From: Vicugna vicugna
Lineage: Eukaryota
NCBI GenBank assembly: GCA_013265495.1
Contig: MU058009.1
Location: forward strand, 3,801,780 to 3,865,779
Reading direction: 5' to 3'
DNA length: 64,000 nt
The notes below the pieces were generated by a model. That model saw nothing but the letters and a program-made list of their open reading frames with translations, had not been told where the DNA came from and did not search any database. Position numbers and translations under genes: made by a program. Of this stretch, positions 37,774-48,715 are shown in pieces. The number at the start of each line of letters is the position of its first letter. The stretch's first letter is position 1.

Positions 37774-38834
37774 GTGACGGCGCATTCACGTGGACTCACT
37801 CGCCCAGCTGCATTCTTCCCAGCAGTACAACTCGGACATTTGTCCCTGGACGCGGCTGTGAGAGTGAGGCGGCCAGTGTGTGCACTGACTGTGGTGCCAG
37901 GCCAGGGGAGGGCGCGACGGTGGTGTTGACATAACAGGACACAGGGGTGACGGCCACTCTCCCGGGCTCCACCCACCTTCCCAGAGTGATTTTCAGAGGC
38001 CGGAGGGTCGTTCTGGGTGGGTGATGGGGGACAAACGGGATCACAGGGCGATAGCCTGACCCCACTCACCACCTGGGAACCGCGGGAAGGTGGCTGTCCC
38101 CACACCTCCAGGGCAAAGCAGCCTGGTGTCCCCTGCACAGAAGACCTTCTCCCCACGGCCTCTGAGCAGGTGGCAGCACCCCTCTCCCCTGCCCTCCCCT
38201 CCCCTCCCCTGCCCTGGCTGCTGCTTACAGGGCACGAGAGGGGGGAGGCGCTGGGCACAGCCTCCACTCCCAGGCTCGTCCCCGCCGGCCTCCTGTCCTG
38301 ACGCACTGGCTCTTTTATGCTGAGTGTTCGTTGACCTTTGGGTTTGAAGATGGACGATTGGGCTCAGCCCAGGTTGGGGCTCTGTGGCCTCCTCACGTAC
38401 GTCTCTTGCACCTGCCTCTTGCCTCTCATCCCTCCTCTTTCTGTCTCGCCCAACATTCCACGTTCCTAGACGCCAGGGAGGTGTCTGGAGGCAGTGGTTT
38501 GAACCCCTGCCCAGGTGATGACTGGGAGAGATAAGATCCCTCTGGATGGCGTCCCCTGCCGAGGGGGGGTGGGGGTGGGGGTGGAAGACTGAGGTGGGAA
38601 GAGCAGCAGGGCCTGCGGTGGGCAGGGGGGCTCCAGAAGGGGCTTCTAAGGGTCGCCAAGCCCCCCGCCCAGGACTGCAAGAAAGCTGGTTTTCATGCGG
38701 AACGTCCCTAAGAGCAGAGCGGGGACGGGCTTGGTGTGGCCCAGGGGCCAGAACCAGGACCCAGCTGGGGGGAGCCCAGTCTGAGAGAAAACTCTCTAGA
38801 ACTTACAAGGGAGGCTTGGCTTTCCTTTGGTACC

Positions 38835-38945
38835 TTATGTAGGTGTCTCAGTTAATTTTTACAACATTCCTGTGGAGGCGGATTTGTGACGCCAGTTTCA
38901 GAGATGAGGAAGCAGGAGCTGGGCAGCCGGGTAACCCCGCCCAGT
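38835..38945 (-). mobile_element. MIR fragment
   Basis: tctcagttaatttttacaacattcctgtggagg...gtttcagagatgaggaagcaggag. Confidence 0.6.
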
Positions 38946-39045
38946 GGGGAGGGGCTGGGATATCCCACCAAACTAGCCCCTGTACCCACGGCCCCCGGGA
39001 CTTTCACGCCGAGGCTGGAGGGCAGCCAGCCTCTAGAGGAGACAC

Positions 39046-39213
39046 GGGGGCCGGGGGCAGCGGGGCTGGGGGCAGCTGGGCTGGCAGGGGCAGCGGGGCT
39101 GGGGGCAGCTGGGCTGGCAGGGGCTGCGNNNNNNNNNNNNNNNNNNNNNNCAGCGGGGCTGGCAGGGGCGGCAGGGCTGGCAGGGGCAGTGGGGCCAGGG
39201 GCAACGGGGCTGG
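39046..39213. repeat. G-rich minisatellite (ggggcagc/ggggct subunits, 33-bp higher-order unit) containing an assembly gap (N 39129-39150)
   Basis: ggggcagcggggctgggggcagctgggctggca occurs twice before 22 Ns, and related units resume after the gap. Confidence 0.9.
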
Positions 39214-39269
39214 AAGGCCCAGGCCCAGCCAGATTGTAACGTCTGTCCTGTTGCCAGTAGACGTGCTTT

Positions 39270-39645
39270 TGATCTCATCCCTTTGTCCTCTGCTCGCTCA
39301 CTGGCTGTTCCTCTCAAACACTAAACACGCTCTCACCCCAGGACCTTGGCACCTGCTGGTTTTCTGCTTGCGATGCTCCCCCTGCCCGCCGTACGTCAGG
39401 TGCAATTGCTCCAGGTCTCTCATCACTGCCACCTGATCAGAAACGCCTCCCGGTCGCGCACCACTCTGTCTCCCTAACTCGGGTGATCGCTGTTCTCAGC
39501 TGCTTCTGGCACCTGGCGTGTCATGTGCGTCCTTGCTTATTTGTTCAGCGTCAGTCTCTACTTAACTAGAATTCAAGTCCCACATCCTCAGGGACGTTGC
39601 CACGTCCTACAACACTGGCAGAAGAGGCATTTAAAAATAAATGTG
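39270..39645 (+). mobile_element. L2 LINE 3' end
   Basis: gctgttcctctcaaacac...ccccaggaccttggcacctgctg...actagaattcaagtccc...aataaatg follows L2 3' order. Confidence 0.7.
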
Positions 39646-41660
39646 GGGAGTCTAGTCGTGGTAATGAGGGACATCTCCGACTCTGAGATGACTTGCACTG
39701 CCAAGCGGTGCTGCTTGGCACCGGATGCTCAGAGTGCAGGCGTGGTCCTGGCCTGGGATTTAGCCTCGAGGAGTGGGAGGAGCACAGTAAGATGGGAAGT
39801 AGCCAGGGGCCCAGGACAGACCCCAGGGGAGAGAGCCGCAGGGCAGGTGGGCCCCACAGCTCCCTGGGAGGGCCCCAAGCAGGTGGGGCCCAGGTTCACC
39901 CAACAGGGAAGATCTGATTCAGGGCCCCCTCCCGGACGCCATGGCGAGGCTGGCCCAGAGGCACAGACAAGAAGGGGTGAATTTCCTTTGATTTCCTTTG
40001 GTGTTTTCAAAGGTGGAAAATAATTTCTGTCCTTTTCTGAGAACCACTTAGCTGCAGACCGAGGGCTGGGCAATGACCCGTCTGCAGGAAATGCTAACTG
40101 GAAACAGTCACCCCCCAGCCCTGACCCGCCAGGGCGAAGCCTGAGCCAAATGCCCTGCTGGGAGGGCAGTGGGGGCCCGGAGCCAGCCCGAAGCCGCGTC
40201 CTCTGAGGCCAGGATGGACGGCGCGAAGGACAGCGGCTGCGTTCGGGGGCAGTAGGGACCCTGCGCTGGGAGGTGGTGGTCCACGTGCAGGGCCCGGGGG
40301 CTCAGTCTCACGTGCCCCGTGAGTGACCTCCCCCACCTGCTGTGAAGTAACTATGAAAGGAACCAACGTTCCTGGAAAAGCATAAAGCGCAGCTGCAGGA
40401 GGCGTGAGGAACGTGGGACACAGCGGTTAACCAGGACGGATCACTCCCGTGCCGGGAGCCCGGCGTCCCCCAGGGTCCCCTCAGCCCAACTGCCTGAATG
40501 TGGCGCTTCTGCCCCTCTCAGCTGGGGTCCCTGGCAGGGGCTCAGTCACTCGGCGACCCTAACGAGGGCTGCACGTGGGTGAGAGTTTGGGGGTTCCTGG
40601 TCCCACCTCCTTCACCAGGCTGGTCACAGGGAGAGGGACCTTCCTTGCATCCAGCTTGGGTCTCGCTGGTCTGACTGCCTGTCTCCTGGGCATGACTGCA
40701 GAACCTGCAACCTCAGCTCCCCGACTCAGCGCTCCCCGCACAGGCAGAGCCCCGGCCAGGCACTGCAGGCCGTGCGGCCCGAGGGTGGTGGGCACGGGCC
40801 CTCCTCCCCAGGGAGCAGAACCACCCGACCTCAGGTCACCAGAGAGAGGGGGGCGAGGGCACTGGGAGTCGGGCATCGGGGGCTGTGAACCGCCCCTCCT
40901 GGCCTCCCCTGTTGCTGTTGGCCCTTGGCTGGTCCCCAGCCCCCGTCTGCACCTCCCGCGGGCCCTGCCACCGCGCACGCGTCCCCTGGTGCCCACTGAG
41001 CTCCAGCAAAGCCATCAAGGGGATGCATTTTTAAAAGAAAACTCATTTACCAAGCAGGCCTCTTGCACAGTTGATGGAACAGCCTCTTCTGGATGGAAAT
41101 CGTGGCGAGGTGGCCTCCCCGGGGCTCTTCTGGCCCTGACATCACACTGTTGCACTAATAAACCCCGCAGGGTGCGCCTCCAGTCTGCGCGTCTGATCCG
41201 GGAGCCGCAGCTCGGGGGGCTGCCGCCGGGGGCCGCGCAGCCGCCTGGGCTCCCCGGGCTGGGGGCTCGGAAGCCTCAGACCCGACGCCTTTTGGAGGAG
41301 GGCTCCGTGCAGGGGGAGGCCCGCCCACCCCGCGCTCACTCCCGTGCCATGCCGCGCGCTGGGTGTCCGAAAAATGGTTTGTGGGTGCAGGAGGGTGGGT
41401 CGCACACACCACTAAATTAGAAGACAACATCTTGATATTTATTTTTAAAGCCCCCGAAAAATCCTTTCGAATCACATCAAACTGTGATTGAATGCATCCT
41501 TCTCTCTGGGGAAGTCTGTGAGGTGAGCTGCTAAACCCGACTGGTCTCTGGCTCCCCCGTCCACCCACTTCCTGTGGGGCACCTGTGAGGCAGGCACCCC
41601 AAGGCACCTCTGCACCTGCCCCCTCCTTGGGGCTCACAGCTGGTGCGGCGACTGGACTGT

Positions 41661-41942
41661 CCACCTGGACGGTCCACCTGGACCATTATCCACCTGGACG
41701 GACCACCTGGACCATTATCCACCTGGACGGTCCACCTGGACCATTATCCACCTGGACGGACCACCTGGACCATTATCCACCTGGACGGTCCACCTGGACC
41801 ATTATCCACCTGGACGGACCACCTGGACCATTATCCACCTGGACGGTCCGCCTGGACCATTAACCACCTGGACCGTCCACCTGGACCATTATCCACCTGG
41901 ACCGTCCACCTGGACCATTATCCACCTGGACTGTCCACCTGG
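41661..41942. repeat. 29-bp minisatellite (ccacctggacggW + ccacctggaccattat), ~9.7 copies
   Basis: Read directly; 13+16-bp subunits share ccacctggac. Confidence 0.97.
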
Positions 41943-42775
41943 CCCCTCAGAGCCTGGCCGTGATGCTGATACCAGGTCGTGTGTACACTGGACTTGACAC
42001 TGCTTTGGTCAGGAGTGGGGGTGAAGCTGTGCGGAAGACCCTGCCACTCCCTGCAGGGTCACTGCCCACCTGCCCATCCCACCGTCAGCCCGTGAGACAC
42101 CATTTGGGGTCAGAAATGGGACCACCGGTCTTGCAGACCCAGGAGCAGCCTCTCAGTCACCGTCTGAGGTGGCCTCACCCAGGCCCAGAGGCCTGGGAGC
42201 CCTAGCGCGTCTTAAGTAGGGCCTTAGGACGTCTGGGCCAGCCCGGGTGCCATAAGGCACATCTTATTTTAGCTGTCTTTTTAAAAAAAATGTGCTTAGT
42301 TAGTTTTAATTTTCCATGTGCGTGCCCTTCAGGGGGAGCAAACACTAGCTAACGAGTTGGATGTTTGTTAAGGAAAATGCCCACAGCTCCCCGGGGCCCG
42401 GGAAGGAGGGAAGCCACAGGCAAGCCTGAGCCCAGCTTCCTACCTGGGGGAACAGCTCTTCCCCCAGGGCCTCTGCCACAGCCAGAGGCTCCAGGATGGG
42501 AGAAGAGGCGGAGCCAGGACGGGGCAGGCAGGACCAGGGCGGGGAGCTGTCCGCTGCCTCGCCCTCTCAGTGCAGCTGGCCCTGGGAGCCCAGGATCTCC
42601 TGGTAGCACCGCTCAGAGGGGCTGGGAGGACCGGCGGAGGAAGGGGCAGAGGAGCAGGGGCGGAGAATGCATGCTCCTTCCAGTCCCAGGGCAGCACAGA
42701 GAGTAACTCTCAGGGCCTCCATCCAAAGGCGGCTCAGCCCCTAGGCCGGACTGATGAGACTGAGCCTGAGGGATT

Positions 42776-42794
42776 CATGCACCAGGGGGTGCTG
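42776..42794 (+). promoter_or_regulatory. CTCF-like motif (weaker)
   Basis: CATGCACCAGGGGGTGCTG. Confidence 0.35.
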
Positions 42795-44344
42795 GCCAGC
42801 CCTCAGCCCTGCGAGCATGGGATTGGGGTGGCCTCGAGCAGGGAGGGGACGGAGGCCTCTGCACGGGATGTCAGTTCCGCATCTGTTTTCAGTCCTCCGG
42901 CAGGGGGCAGCAGCTGCCCGGGGTCCTGGGCCCACTGCCTGCGTTTTGGGAAGCCGGAGTCAGAAACATCCCTCCCCTTTAAACACTACTTTCATCTTCC
43001 TCCAGGACACTTGCCTCTCTCCGGTGTCCCACTGCCTCCGGTTAGGTGGGCTCTGCTGTCACAGTCACGGCAGCCGACGCTGTCTGACACTGTCTCACGG
43101 GAGAGAACGCAGAGCTTCAGCTTGGCGACTGCTCGTTGGGCAGGGGGCTGTGCGGGCGGGGGGCTGAAACCTCCTGCGTTCAGGACTTGGCCCCTGCCTC
43201 TTAACCATGCGCCTCTGGGTGGGTGCCATCACCACCCCCATCCTGCAGACGGGGAAGTCGGGCCTGGGAAGTTGTGGTCTGTCTCTGCTCTCACATCCAG
43301 CCTGCGCTCCTGACCACTGGCCGAAAACACTAGAGTGGCTCGGGAAGGCCTGGCAGGCCGGCAGGACGCCGCAGTTCTCGAATCCCCTCCGTGTGCTGAG
43401 AAGTAAAGAAATACCAGCCTGGTGCTTCCCAGCGCCCCGGGGATGAAGTGGACATGAAATGGAGGTGCACAGGCACCCAGGGCAGGGAGAGGATGGACAG
43501 CAAGGGTGACAGGAGTCTGGAGCTCGGCCCGTCCTGTCTCCCTCCCTGGTCCTCACCCCCTCCCCCAGGGTGAGCTCCTCTAGGGCTCAGACCAAGGCTT
43601 GCTTCCCGGCTTCCCGAGGGCGGCTGGCACAGTGCCCCAGACCCCCCCCCCCATCACACCTGTCAGCCCCCTAGAAAGACTCAGCTGTGCAGAGGGACGG
43701 CCGTGCCTGAGTAGTAAGTGGAACCATTATCGGGCAGACGCCTGTTCCGGGACAGAGGGATTGTCAGTGACATGGCTGGCTCCCTGGTCTACGTGTGGTG
43801 ACGTTCTGCAGCGCAGTCCTGCAGTGACGGCTAGGGGGTGTCACCCTGTGGTCCTGCAGGACGGACCCACCCTTCCTCAGTCCACAGGGAGGGGAGCTCA
43901 CTGCACCCTCCGGACTTGAGGCCACTGGGTGTCTCCCCTCCCACACGCCGTCGCAGAGCTGGGCTCAGGAGCACATGGAGCTGGTGAGAAGCCTGGATCT
44001 GGATGAAGGAAGAGGGGAACCCTACACACACGGCCCCCTCCCAGCACGGCCCCCACCCAGCACACCTTGGTCCAGTTCACATCATCTCCAACGTTTCGTC
44101 AGAAATACCAACAAAGCTGCCCAAACCCGGGGAGATCCGGGCCTTCTCCCAGAGGAATGCAGGCAGCGGGCAGAGCGAGCACCGCGGGAGGGTAGGGCAG
44201 GGCACACACGTGTCCGGGGTCAGCCAGACAGAACCGGGCTGGGGCCAGCCGGCCAGGACGCTGGCCCCAGGAGGCCCCCGCGGTGCAGCCTGGAAGCAGT
44301 GTTCACGGTGGGGACACGTGGGAGCCCAGGATTCAGACACGCCA

Positions 44345-44525
44345 GAGCACTTCAGAATCCAACGACACATAAAAGGAGATTGTACACTGCAATCGAGTCG
44401 GAGTCACCCCAGGGTGGTTCCAGGTACACAGACCAGTCAGTGTGACCAGCACATCAACAGGACAAAGGACAGAAGTCACACGATCATCTCAACAGAGGAG
44501 GAAAAAACATATGATGAAGTTCTTC
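44345..44525 (+). mobile_element. Decayed L1 ORF2 reverse-transcriptase fragment
   Basis: Translation RIQRHIK...HINRTKDRSHTIISTEEEKTYDEV resembles L1 RT RIQQHIK...[24 protein letters not shown]. Confidence 0.85.
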
Positions 44526-45318
44526 TAGGGACGAACGGAAAACCAGACCAGCCACCTGGAGCTCTGAAATGCGGGATAAACTCCTCACCCTCAGGTCAGA
44601 ACCGCGGAGCCAGGTCGGAGGTGGGGTGGACGGCTTGGGGCAGCGAGACGGCAGCTGGGGTCAGAGGAAGAGAGGAGGGTCCAGGGCGGGTGTCTCCTGA
44701 GGCCCTGGAGCAAGCCCCCGGGAGCAAGACGGACTTGGGCCTGAGCAAGCCTGTGGGGGGGGGGCTCGGAACACGGCCTCTGCCCTGCTCTCTCCTTCGC
44801 TCCTCCATCACGGCTGAGGGCGCGAGATGTCCCAGCAAAGCAAGGGGGCAGCTGGGGCCCAGAGGCCGGGAGCTTTGAAGAACATGGTTCACAAACTGAA
44901 GCGCAAAATTTAAGAGAAGGAACCAATAATGAACCATGTAAATGGGGTGTAATGACCGCCCCCCCCCAACGTATCAGTTAGCCTCAGAGGTAAAAGCAGT
45001 AGGTGTTACCAGACCAGGTGAGCCGGCCTAAGGATGGGAGAGTGACCGTGATGTTAGAAACGAGGAGGGGGCTGTTGGCACAGACGTCCAGGGACCCTCC
45101 TGACCCCACCCCCACGTCCTCTGAGCTCAGCCTCTGTAGGGTGCAGGAGAGCCGGCTGAGGCGCTCAAGAGGCAGAGGGGTCCTGGCTGTCCAGTCCGCA
45201 GGGGCCTCCACACACTCTCCACGCGGCCCTGGACGCCTTCCCCAGGTTCACCTGGGCCCCTCCTGCAGGAGGTGTGAGCGCCACCTTGCCTACGCGGACC
45301 TCTGGGTGGTGACCTCTT

Positions 45319-45389
45319 GAAAGAAACAGAAACAGGAGAGAAAAGGAGGGAGACAGAGAGAGGGAGGGAGGGAGGGAGGGAGAGGGAGA
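45319..45389. repeat. Purine-rich tract including (GGGA)5
   Basis: gaaagaaacagaaacaggagagaaaaggagggagacagagagagggagggagggagggagggagagggaga. Confidence 0.9.
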
Positions 45390-46759
45390 CTGAGATTCTG
45401 TTTTGGCATCTGGGCCAAGAAACAGGGACAAAAGGACCCCAGCTGAGCTCTGATGTGGCATCAGGGCTGAAAGTCTTCCCGAGTTTCATGAAGGAACCAG
45501 ATAAATGCAGAGAACTGGGCAGGAAGCCAGGTCACCCCACCTCCGCGCGGCTCTGTCAGGGCTACACCCTGAGAATAAAATGTCTCGGAGGAGAAAGGGT
45601 TTCAACGGAACCATGATTAACGCCTCCTGATTCCAGGAAGAAAGCAAAGGGTAGGGTGTCGGTGAACACTCAGGGCTAGTTTTAGACGCTTCAGCCAAGA
45701 AATCGCGTCGCAGGTCATTAATGAGCCTAGTTGGGGTTCTGGGTTTTCATACTGTGGTTAATTAATCTATGTAAGTATTTATAGTGGTAATGGCAGAGGG
45801 ACTGGTAGCCAAGACAAGTCATTACAAGGCGAAGCCGGGCCAGGCTTTGGACTGGGGGACCGGGAATGGGGAGGGGCTGCGGCTGGGGGCTTGGCCTTAC
45901 AGGAATCACTGTGTTTCGAGGTATTCTGGGTCTGGACAGAGGTGGCCCCAAGGGACGGAAGCCAGGGTCCACAGGGGTCAGTGCGGCATGGGTGGGATGG
46001 AGGTCTGTTCAGGGGCTGCCCCCCTAGTTCTGAGCAGTTCTGTCTCCGTGAAGGATGGGGAAAAAAAATCTCCAGCTGAAAAATGTCACCTTCAGCCTGA
46101 CACTAGAGCCAGAGCATTTACAAATCTGCCTGTCACCGTGACAGCCTGACAGATAGCTACTTCAGCCAGGACTGAGTTAAATCGCCACTATAAGTCTTGC
46201 AAAAAGTTTTGGCTCCTAAGATTTTTATCATCGAGACAGGTTAAGGGATGGGGGCGGGGGGCACAGCTTCCAAACAGGAAGGAGAGGAAGGCTGAGTGCC
46301 TGCCTCCCTGGGAACTCCGGCAGCTGCAGGATTATCTATTACCGGAGGGGAGGTGACAGGAGAAAATTAGCCGGCACCGGCCCCATCTGTTTCTGAGCAC
46401 CGTTTATTTCACCTTCACTAATTCACTTGGTTTGTCATTTTTCCTTTGTCTCCGTGTCAGGCTCCGAGCCCTCCATCTCTTTGCCCCGGTGTCCCAGCCA
46501 GGCAGTGCGGCTGCGGGAACAAAGCCTCCAGAACCTTTTCAGGGAACGGCAGTCCCTCTCGCCGCCACCTCACTGTGTCTCCTCCATAATTGATTAGGGG
46601 CTGGAGGCGAGAGAGGAGAAGCCGCTTGCTCTTCCAGCCGGGGTCCGCAGGGGAGGCACATTCCTGGGTTTGGCTGCGTCTCCTGGGACCTGCCTCTGTC
46701 AGGAAGAGGCGGCAGAGTGTTAATAAGGCGGAGCAGACGCGCATCACAGGGAGGGAGGT

Positions 46760-47010
46760 AGCAAACCTAGGCTACAGCCCTGCTCCTCCGTTGTCCTTGG
46801 ATGCTCCGCCATCAACCTCTCCCAGCCTCGTCTTCTCATCTGCAAGAGATCGGAGGCCGCTCTCCGCCACCTGCCGGGGTTGTTGTAAAGATTAAATGAG
46901 ATAGTGTCCGGGGCTGCTCACTGCGCCTGTTGAAGGAGGAAGTGAATTTAAAGCACTTAACAGAGCCTTGCATATAACAAATGTTCTATAACTCCCATCC
47001 TATTATTATG
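46760..47010 (+). mobile_element. MIR fragments
   Basis: aacctctcccagcctcgtcttctcatctgcaa...gggttgttgtaaagattaaatgagata; taaagcacttaacagagcc. Confidence 0.75.
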
Positions 47011-47084
47011 CAAATGGAAACAATCATGATTATTTTTTACCCTTGAAGCATCTGCCATTCTTCTGGTTCCGAAACTAGATGTGG

Positions 47085-47705
47085 CTTTTCATCCAACATT
47101 TATGGAGCAAGTCCTACGTGCCAGGCTCTGTATTTGTCCTGGGGCTGTGGAGATGTTTTTTTTAAACGCAAGCGAAAATTGTAGCTCCTGGGTCTGGGTG
47201 CACAGAGCCAGGACAGCAAGCCCTGTCCCCGAGTTGAGAACAGGATACTTGTGTGCGCACCTCCCTGGGGATGGGGGTGGGGTTGCCAGAGAAGGTCCTG
47301 GTTGAGAAAGTGCTGTTCGAGATGGGTTTTGTAGGAGGTGACCGTGGAGGCTGGGGGCAGGAAAGGGCATTCAAGTGGGAATTGTGCTCAGTAACACTCA
47401 CGGGCAGGACAGGGGTCATGAGTCCCTGGGAGAAGCCCAGGGCCCTTAGTAACCCTGAGGAATGGGCTCCCCCAGCTGGGACTGGACACTTGGACAAGGG
47501 AGATGTTGCAGAAGGAGCATATTCATTTGATGCCAAGGAATGTGAGCTTTGCTAAGGGGCACTGGAGGCCATTGAAGGCTTTTAAATGGGGAACCCCTGG
47601 TCTGGTCCACAAGGAGAAAGTTTAGCCTAGGTCGCTCCGGATTGAATGGGGCCTGGATGGAGAGAAAAGACCAGTCAGGCTGGCAATACAGAGATCCAGG
47701 AACCA
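47085..47705 (-). mobile_element. L2 LINE fragment
   Basis: catccaacatttatggagcaagtcctacgtgccaggctctgt...aagggcattc...gccattgaaggcttttaa. Confidence 0.7.
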
Positions 47706-47848
47706 CCTGCCTTGGGGAGGGGCGGGAAAGCAAATCTCACAATACACCCCAGGGCGCTGGGTCAGCACCGAGCGGCTGCCCCAGACTAGGCAGGCGGCGG
47801 ATCCTGGGGCTGGGACTGGGACTGGAAGAGCCGTGGCATTGCGAGCTG

Positions 47849-47867
47849 CAGCCACCAGAGGGCAGTG
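47849..47867 (+). promoter_or_regulatory. Strong CTCF motif
   Basis: CAGCCACCAGAGGGCAGTG. Confidence 0.65.
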
Positions 47868-48425
47868 GCGGGAGGGCAGAGAGGCGGGCAAAGCGTCTCC
47901 TCCAGGTTCAGCCGCAGGGAGGGAGGGGCAGAGCGCCGTCCGCTGGGGAAGCCGATGTGATGTCCAGGGTGTTTTCGCCTTAAATGCTCTGGGACACGGT
48001 CAGGCCAAGGATTTAATCTGAAAAGATCCCTGTGACCCACTGACAGGATGCACAGGATGCACAGCGGGCTCGTATGAGAAGCAGGGGCACCTGTGGTCCT
48101 GTCCGCACCCCGGGTTTGATGCTCATTGTGCCACATATCCCGCCCCTCGGCTCCCCGGAGAGGAGGCTGGCGCTTCCAGAGAGGGTAGTTCACGTGTCCA
48201 GCGCGCCCTCACGTGCGCTGTCTCACTGAACCCCCAGAGGAACGCTCTGAGGTGCACGTTGACACTTGCCAGGTGCCATTCAGAGACGCTGCATGAGCTG
48301 CCGGGGCAGCCGGTGTGGACGTGGGTCCTCCCCTCCGTCTCACTCCAGATCCTCTCGGTCTCCTTTGCCCTTCGAAATAGGATCAGTCTCTATTTTGTAA
48401 GCTGTAGAATGTTTCTGTTTTGCAG

Positions 48426-48443
48426 GTGACAAACCTAGGGACG
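48426..48443 (+). other. Candidate 18-nt microexon
   Basis: tgtttctgttttgcag|GTGACAAACCTAGGGACG|gtgagt; length is a multiple of 3 and two frames are open (VTNLGT or xDKPRD). Confidence 0.35.
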
Positions 48444-48584
48444 GTGAGTGTCTCTGAGAAGCCGCGCCCGCTTCTTGAGAGCAGACTCCAGGGGCTGGGG
48501 GCGGGGGATATGCAGCAGATTGGGACGGAGAGCCCCGAATGCTCAGCACTGATAATCACTGAGATGCGGACAGAGCTGTTTCCC

Positions 48585-48715
48585 ACTTAATCTCAGAGGC
48601 AACCCCACTAGAAGAATTATGTCCTCGTTTTCAGATGGGGAAACCGAGGCTCAGAGAGGTTACTGTCCTGAGTCAGCACCGCCGGCGGCTGCCCAAGGTC
48701 TGTGAGCCCCCGCCG
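48585..48715 (-). mobile_element. MIR fragment
   Basis: cgttttcagatggggaaaccgaggctcagagaggtta. Confidence 0.8.

Noticed and set aside
38160..38178. CTCF-like ctctgagcaggtggcagca
   Set aside because: Lacks the conserved CC at motif positions 4-5.
39046..39213. Immunoglobulin switch-region resemblance (GGGCT/AGCT words)
   Set aside because: Far too short, with no immunoglobulin constant exons nearby.
41661..41942. CRISPR-like 29-bp repeat array
   Set aside because: Units are directly tandem with no unique spacers, there are no cas genes, and the context is mammalian.
44003..44878. 291-aa ORF, the longest in the window
   Set aside because: Only a short part resembles decayed L1 RT; the rest is a chance open frame in GC-rich DNA.
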